A DNA stretch of 32,909 bases from contig JBHLME010000047.1 of the NCBI GenBank assembly GCA_048938445.1, positions 1 through 32,909 on the forward strand. Reading direction: 5' to 3'. Each line of letters starts with the position of its first letter. Position 1 is the stretch's first letter. The notes beneath the pieces are model-generated. The model was not told the origin of the DNA, did no database searches, and saw only the letters and a program-made list of their open reading frames with translations. Made by a program: the position numbers and the translations under genes. Source of the DNA: Promethearchaeota archaeon. Lineage in GTDB: Archaea; Asgardarchaeota; Lokiarchaeia; Sigyniarchaeales; SOKP01. Below, in pieces: positions 27,541-32,909 of this stretch.

Positions 27541-28077
27541 ATGAAAGAGTCTATTAACTTTATATTTAAAGTAATAGTGATTGGGGAGCCAGCAACAGGT
27601 AAGACAAGCCTGGTTAAGAAATATGTATCAGGGCACTTTTCACAAGATTATAGGGCTAGTATTGGTACCAATTTGTATATAAAAAAGATCCAATTAGATT
27701 CTGGTGAAGAAGGAAAGATTCAGTTATGGGATATTGCAGGACAAGAAAGATGGATTAAGATGCGTCATACATATTATCGAGGGGCTCAAGGCGCACTAAT
27801 ACTAGGAGACCTCACGAGAGAGAAGTCTTTTTTACAAATTGAAGATTTCTGGTATTCTGATATTAAAAAATATTGTCAAGATGTTCCAGTTATCTTAATC
27901 GGTAACAAAAATGACTTAGAAAATGAAATTTCTAAAGAAAAAGTAGATGAATTAGGAAAAAGAATTAATGCTAACTCTGTTTTATTTACTTCCGCTAAGA
28001 ATGGAGATAATGTAGAAAAAGCTTTCCATTTAATTTCAGAATTGATATATGAAAAACGTTTTAATTTAAAAAAGTAA
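27541..28077 (+). CDS. Rab-like small GTPase (Ras superfamily)
   Basis: G1 GEPATGKTS, G3 WDIAGQE, G4 GNKND, G5 TSAK and the RabF4-like YYRGA; 178 aa; no C-terminal Cys. Confidence 0.92.
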   Translation: MKESINFIFKVIVIGEPATGKTSLVKKYVSGHFSQDYRASIGTNLYIKKIQLDSGEEGKIQLWDIAGQERWIKMRHTYYRGAQGALILGDLTREKSFLQIEDFWYSDIKKYCQDVPVILIGNKNDLENEISKEKVDELGKRINANSVLFTSAKNGDNVEKAFHLISELIYEKRFNLKK

Positions 28078-28101
28078 AGAAAATCTTATTTTTCGATGTT
28101 T

Positions 28102-31100
28102 TCATTCTTCTTTTCGTGTAAATTTAATTTTACCTTGTTTTGGTTCATATAAAGTTCCTTCCTTTATAAGCTCATCAAAGGATTTATCTATAAATGTCCG
28201 ATCATATCCTTCTAACTCAAGTCGCTGAACTAAAGAGCTTTTATCTAAAGCTTGCCATTCATTTTCTTCAGAAACTTGTTTTAGGAGGTCAAGCAATTTT
28301 TCCAATTTATTTAGAGCTGTACGTGATTGTCCTACGAGTATCATATCAACGTCAAATTTGCCCGTTTCTTTATCATAACCAGTATCCTTTAAATATCTCT
28401 TGAATAATTTGATGATTTCTTCAACATCATCCTTATTTACTTTTTTCCTCAAAGCCATTTTTGCATAAGCTTCACTTAAACGAACAAGTGCATCGAGATT
28501 TCTAGCTAATATTGATACGATTGCATCTTCACTGTCATATTGACCTCTCAATTCTAAATAGAAACTTTTAATCCTCTCCTTTGCTTTATTTGATAAAACT
28601 GGAAAACAAGTTTTTCTTGCATATTTAATATATTTTTTTAATAATTCTTCATTAATGGGAGCTATTTTCTCATCTTTATCCTTAAAATCCTCAAATAACT
28701 CATCTGTTCCCATAGTTGCATTTCTTAATATAAACTCTGCCATTTGGGCATCTTTAGCAGGATTTGGTTTGTCAACAACTTTAAAAATTAAATCAAAACG
28801 ACTTAAAAGTGATGGAGGCATTCGAGCGTTTTCTGCAAAGCTTTTATATTCATTAAATCTACCAGAATGAGGATTTGCTGCAGCAATTATTGCAGTTTGT
28901 GATTTTAGGGTAGCAACTATTCCTGCCTTTGCTATGCTTACCGTATTGTGTAAAATGACTCCTTGAGCAATAAAAGTATGATTTGGTTCAACAGTTAAAT
29001 CATATACCCAAGGAGTATAATTTTTTCCTTTATTGTTGATGATCTTTATTGTTTTTATCCTATCCCATAATATTTCCGAATTTAAATATGATTCTAATAT
29101 ATCGATTTTAGTTTTAATTTTTTTACAATATACTTTAAGAGACTTTAGAATCTTAGAATTAATTTTATGTTGTTTTTCTCTATTATAACCATCTCTCTCA
29201 AGATAATCTATTGTACCTCGTGACAGATTAGATATTTTTGCAAGATGGGATTGAGAATAACCAGTTCTTTTTCTAAATTCTTTACAATCAAGTTGTCCAT
29301 TAAGTAATTCAATAACCAGATCATATTTATTTCTGAGCATATTTAATTCTTTAATATAAATATTTCGCGTCACTCCATGTTTTTTTTTTAAATGACGATC
29401 AAAATATCCATCATATGAAATTGCTAAATCTTTTTTTACTTTTATTAACATTTCTATTAATGAAGTAGGAAGTATATCGTGGTGATGTTTTTTGATTTTT
29501 TCAGGCTTAATTAAAATCCTAATTTTTGAAATTCTTTTATCATTATTTTCAATTATTTCGTTATAGAAATGAATTAATGATTCTCCCTTAATATAAACTT
29601 TATATGAATCATTATATTTATCAAAAATAATTCTTGATTGAATTCCAACTTTTAATAATAAGTCCTGATAATCAAAACTTAATCCTTTAGAAGAAGTTCG
29701 AAAACATATTGCTGTAGATTCAACACTTCCATCACCCTTAAAAGCACTCCTCAAACATTCTCTGCATATTATAGAACTACTACCAAGAATTTTTTTAGGA
29801 ATTCGTTTTATTTTAGATAAGACCATAACCTCTGGAAAATTCTTTTCCATCCATTTATATAATTCAATTGAGATATATCTTAAGGTTTTGAGTCCATCTC
29901 CTCTTTCATTAACATTGGGAGAAATTTGAAAAATATCTTCCATTAAATACTGAAAATCATTAATTAATTGATTGTCCATGTTAGAGAATCCAATCTCAGC
30001 TCCTGTACCTTTATGACTGTGTCCTTCTGAGACTAAATACCCTATAACCCTACTCAATGAAATATTTAAATATTTTGGAAATGATAATTCTTTCGCCAAT
30101 GGATGGGGAGCATTATTTAGGGAATTCAATTCCACCTTCATAGTTGAATTAGGTAAAAATTTAGGAACTGGTATAAAATCATTAGTATTGCAATCTTCTG
30201 CATTAATACCGTTTAATTTTCCATCTCTAAATATGAATAAAGGATGTTCTGGAGTAACTATTATACTTCTTCCATTTGTAAAAGTAAATTTGTAGAAGTG
30301 TTCAGGAGCCTTATGACGACTAATTCGATCGATTTTTATTTTAAATATTGATTTAAAATCAGTTGAATATAATTCTAAATTATTATATTTTAATATTTCA
30401 CAATTATTACCATTTATTATTTTTGATTTATTCTTTTCAAGAAGTTTATCAACAAATTCTCCAATTAATATCCGTTCGCCATTCGGTGATAAAATTTCCG
30501 TGTTATAATGATAGGACTGTTGTTCCATCGCCTCATGTAGGGCAGATCTGTCTGCTGAATCCATTTTATCAAATTCATCTATGGCGGCAACACCTCCATT
30601 AGCTAGAACGACAGCACCAGCTTCTAAATTCATCTGAGCCGTCTCGCTATCCTTAATAACTGCTGCAGTTAGCCCTACAGCTGTTGAACCTTTTCCAGAA
30701 GTATATAATCCTCGCGGAGATTTTTCTACAGCGCTTTTAAGAACTTCTGACTTTCCTGTACCAGGATCTCCTACAAATAATACGTGAATATCACCTCGTT
30801 TATACCCTCCTCCTGGTTTTCTTTTCCTCGTTCCAGCAAAAAGGCTTAACGCACATGCCATTTTAAGATCATCCCTACCATAAATAGTTGGAGCAATTGA
30901 GCGTGCTATTTTTTTCTGGATTAGAGGTTCTTTTGACAATTTTTCTATTTGATCTCGATCTTCTTTTGAGAGTTCAATATCATCTTCGGATTTATCTTCA
31001 GGATCTATATAGTTTACTTCTATGAAAGATTTAAAGAGAGTGGAATTATTATTGTTAATGTTTTGGGCTATAACGGATTTGAATATTCCCATAACTTTCA

Positions 31101-31809
31101 CTCGATCACCGGGTTTAACAGAATCAACTAAATCATCATATGTTAATATTGCTTGAACAGATCTTGGAATTCGTCCTGGAGGTAGCTCTTCAGGGACTTC
31201 TTGAATTACAATACTTTGCCAGTCGATAAAATTTGAGTTTTTTGTAATCAATCTAAAATCAGACTGAGCTTTAGCCTTACATCTTTTATTTGTACAAAAT
31301 CTAGGCCAATTAATTTTTGAAGACAATTGAATTATTTCAAAAGAGGCACCACATAAATTACATTCAAACTCAGCTTTCATTAATTTTGGTCTCACAGTAG
31401 AACTTCTAATAGTAATACCATTAAACCAAACCAATTTATCAATGTGTTTAGCCCTTAAACCTCTTATAGGGACTGCTAAAGGTCCTTTATCGTCTTTTGT
31501 TGAGATTCGAACAAAATAATCTTGTTTTCTTACACTACCAGATTGAAATTTTAACACATTTTTAAATGCCTCAACAGTATCATTAATTAATTCTTCTGGA
31601 TCATTCCTTAACATATCAGCCATATCAGAATCAAACGAGAGAAGGTCTTCATAATAGAAGACTAACGTATTTTCACCTTTAGAAAAAATTTCATTAATCT
31701 TATCGAGATATTTAAACTCTCCTGGTTTTTCTTGAAAAAGCCGATAAAAATCTTCAAATCGTTGAATCTTATTAATTGGTATTGAGGGCGTTGAAAGAGG
31801 TGTTGTCAT
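28102..31809 (-). CDS. mcm: Replicative MCM helicase, intein-containing precursor
   Basis: Zn finger CNLC..CTNKRC, GDPGTGKS, GLTAAV, IDEFDKM, AAANP, arginine finger SRFD, C-terminal winged helix. About 711-714 aa after splicing. ATG 31809 chosen; the track starts at GTG 31818. Confidence 0.96.
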   Translation of the reverse strand: MTTPLSTPSIPINKIQRFEDFYRLFQEKPGEFKYLDKINEIFSKGENTLVFYYEDLLSFDSDMADMLRNDPEELINDTVEAFKNVLKFQSGSVRKQDYFVRISTKDDKGPLAVPIRGLRAKHIDKLVWFNGITIRSSTVRPKLMKAEFECNLCGASFEIIQLSSKINWPRFCTNKRCKAKAQSDFRLITKNSNFIDWQSIVIQEVPEELPPGRIPRSVQAILTYDDLVDSVKPGDRVKVMGIFKSVIAQNINNNNSTLFKSFIEVNYIDPEDKSEDDIELSKEDRDQIEKLSKEPLIQKKIARSIAPTIYGRDDLKMACALSLFAGTRKRKPGGGYKRGDIHVLFVGDPGTGKSEVLKSAVEKSPRGLYTSGKGSTAVGLTAAVIKDSETAQMNLEAGAVVLANGGVAAIDEFDKMDSADRSALHEAMEQQSYHYNTEILSPNGERILIGEFVDKLLEKNKSKIINGNNCEILKYNNLELYSTDFKSIFKIKIDRISRHKAPEHFYKFTFTNGRSIIVTPEHPLFIFRDGKLNGINAEDCNTNDFIPVPKFLPNSTMKVELNSLNNAPHPLAKELSFPKYLNISLSRVIGYLVSEGHSHKGTGAEIGFSNMDNQLINDFQYLMEDIFQISPNVNERGDGLKTLRYISIELYKWMEKNFPEVMVLSKIKRIPKKILGSSSIICRECLRSAFKGDGSVESTAICFRTSSKGLSFDYQDLLLKVGIQSRIIFDKYNDSYKVYIKGESLIHFYNEIIENNDKRISKIRILIKPEKIKKHHHDILPTSLIEMLIKVKKDLAISYDGYFDRHLKKKHGVTRNIYIKELNMLRNKYDLVIELLNGQLDCKEFRKRTGYSQSHLAKISNLSRGTIDYLERDGYNREKQHKINSKILKSLKVYCKKIKTKIDILESYLNSEILWDRIKTIKIINNKGKNYTPWVYDLTVEPNHTFIAQGVILHNTVSIAKAGIVATLKSQTAIIAAANPHSGRFNEYKSFAENARMPPSLLSRFDLIFKVVDKPNPAKDAQMAEFILRNATMGTDELFEDFKDKDEKIAPINEELLKKYIKYARKTCFPVLSNKAKERIKSFYLELRGQYDSEDAIVSILARNLDALVRLSEAYAKMALRKKVNKDDVEEIIKLFKRYLKDTGYDKETGKFDVDMILVGQSRTALNKLEKLLDLLKQVSEENEWQALDKSSLVQRLELEGYDRTFIDKSFDELIKEGTLYEPKQGKIKFTRKEE
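28945..30516 (-). mobile_element. 524-aa intein with LAGLIDADG homing endonuclease in MCM
   Basis: Interrupts the conserved EAMEQQ|TVSIAKAG. Starts SYHYNTEI, block B VTPEHPLF, LAGLIDADG-like VIGYLVSEG and LRSAFKGDG, block F VYDLTVE, ends VILHN before Thr+1. Confidence 0.95.
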
Positions 31810-31988
31810 AATTTTCACTATAATTCTTCAATATTCCTAATTATTTTTGATGGTTTTTTAATCTAAATATCAACAGATAGATTATTAGAGATTTAATAAG
31901 TAATTAAAAAAAGTCAATGGAAAAAGATAAAAAAAATGATTGAGTGCATTGATTTATTATAATTCTGAAGCGATAAAATTCATATTAA

Positions 31989-32909
31989 TCACTCATTCAT
32001 ACTTTCTGTCAATTCATTTAAAACCTTACAAATAACTGGATCTTGACTCATTTCACATCTAATTTTTAACAGAGCTACTATACGCTTCTTAATTTTATTA
32101 TCTTTATACTTAGCTGTTCTACTAAAAATAGTTGCAATAGATCGTTGTGTTTCAATTGAACCTTCATCAGATAAATTTTGAAGGAGCTTCGATAAAATAG
32201 TTTCAAGTCCAACTTTATTGATGATGGTAACCATTGCACTTATAGTACTAATCCGGACATTTTCAGAGGTGTCTCCTAATAATAGAACGATCTTGTTAAA
32301 AACTTTGTCTATTTGATCACTATATAGGATTATTAAATCTGCTAAGGCTTCTCTTACATTCGGATCCTTGTAAGTAAAATTATCTGATAATTTCGAAAAT
32401 GGTACATGTGAGGAGTTAATTCCACTTACATTTGAAAGGATTTTCATTGCTGATCTTCTAACCCATCCATGCTTATCATTGAGTAAAGTTACAAGTTTTT
32501 CGATTAAAAAATCTTTATTTTCGACGTGTTCAATTATATTACCTAAACTCGAGACTGCTGCTTCTTTTACATTCCATTCTTCATCCATTAATGCCTTATC
32601 TAATAATGGATTGATCACTTCATTTGGTTTCTCATTTCCAATAAAACCTAAAATTTTTGTTCCAGATTCCCGAATGAGAGGTTCCTTTTCATTTAATAAT
32701 TTAATTATTTGAGGAATTGGAATTATTTGAGGTGCATTTTTTGCAACAAATTCAATTGATTTTGATAATGCAATTTTAACTGAAAGTTCTTGATCATTCA
32801 TAAATTGAAAGATACCATCCATTACTGATTCTAATGCCATTGGATTTTTCTTAGCTACGTTTTGAATGATTTTATTTACCTCCTTTTTTATTTTATCACT
32901 TGAATCCTC
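31989..32909 (-). CDS. HEAT-repeat protein (5' end outside window)
   Basis: Repeated ~38-aa units (EKEPLIRE, DEEWNVKE, DKHGWVRR, KDPNVRE, DTSENVR). The frame stays open from ATG 32840 to the window edge. Confidence 0.85.
   Translation of the reverse strand, partial: EDSSDKIKKEVNKIIQNVAKKNPMALESVMDGIFQFMNDQELSVKIALSKSIEFVAKNAPQIIPIPQIIKLLNEKEPLIRESGTKILGFIGNEKPNEVINPLLDKALMDEEWNVKEAAVSSLGNIIEHVENKDFLIEKLVTLLNDKHGWVRRSAMKILSNVSGINSSHVPFSKLSDNFTYKDPNVREALADLIILYSDQIDKVFNKIVLLLGDTSENVRISTISAMVTIINKVGLETILSKLLQNLSDEGSIETQRSIATIFSRTAKYKDNKIKKRIVALLKIRCEMSQDPVICKVLNELTESMNE

Noticed and set aside
31780-31809. CDK-like T-P sites at the MCM N-terminus (TTPLSTPSIP)
   Set aside because: Only two sites in a very short segment, which is not distinguishable from chance.
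1553-32712. Short opposite-strand ORFs in the track (e.g. 1553-1828, 4881-5123, 5104-5379, 6528-6716, 7822-8043, 9652-9984, 10395-10907, 12912-13163, 14454-14639, 18107-18361, 19023-19232, 19641-19841, 23118-23750, 26284-26481, 26927-27115, 28194-28870, 30363-30602, 32479-32712)
   Set aside because: All lie antisense to well-supported genes, have no recognisable motifs and show shadow-ORF composition.
1-32909. CRISPR array, tRNA/rRNA genes, IS elements or prophage
   Set aside because: No regularly spaced repeats, GC-rich structured RNA segments, transposase or integrase motifs were seen; intergenic regions are short and AT-rich.

Overview
AT-rich archaeal chromosomal window, most likely from an Asgard archaeon (Lokiarchaeia/Promethearchaeota-like). 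This is inferred from a Rab-like small GTPase, a longin-like protein and HEAT and Pro-rich coiled-coil proteins alongside archaeal MCM, HdrC, CofD/CofE and LipS1/LipS2. Left part: thioredoxin, orphan hdrC, bacterial-type tpiA, longin-like protein, a hybrid LeuRS (bacterial core, archaeal C-terminal domain) and a GT4 glycosyltransferase. Middle: a five-gene cofactor operon (lipS2 - LipM/LplA-like - lipS1 - cofE::nitroreductase - cofD), converging on a seven-gene, 12.5-kb envelope operon (1515-aa pseudo-transglutaminase with Ig-like repeats, two DUF4129-like proteins, DUF4350-like protein, MoxR AAA+, DUF58/vWA, polytopic membrane protein). Right part: acidic/Pro-rich/coiled-coil/Zn-ribbon protein, HDAC-family deacetylase, Rab-like GTPase, MCM with a 524-aa LAGLIDADG+HTH intein, and a 5'-truncated HEAT-repeat gene. 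I saw no rRNA, tRNA, CRISPR array or IS element. The best candidate for an undescribed system is the MoxR envelope operon built around a catalytically dead transglutaminase. All family assignments come from motif recognition, not database searches.
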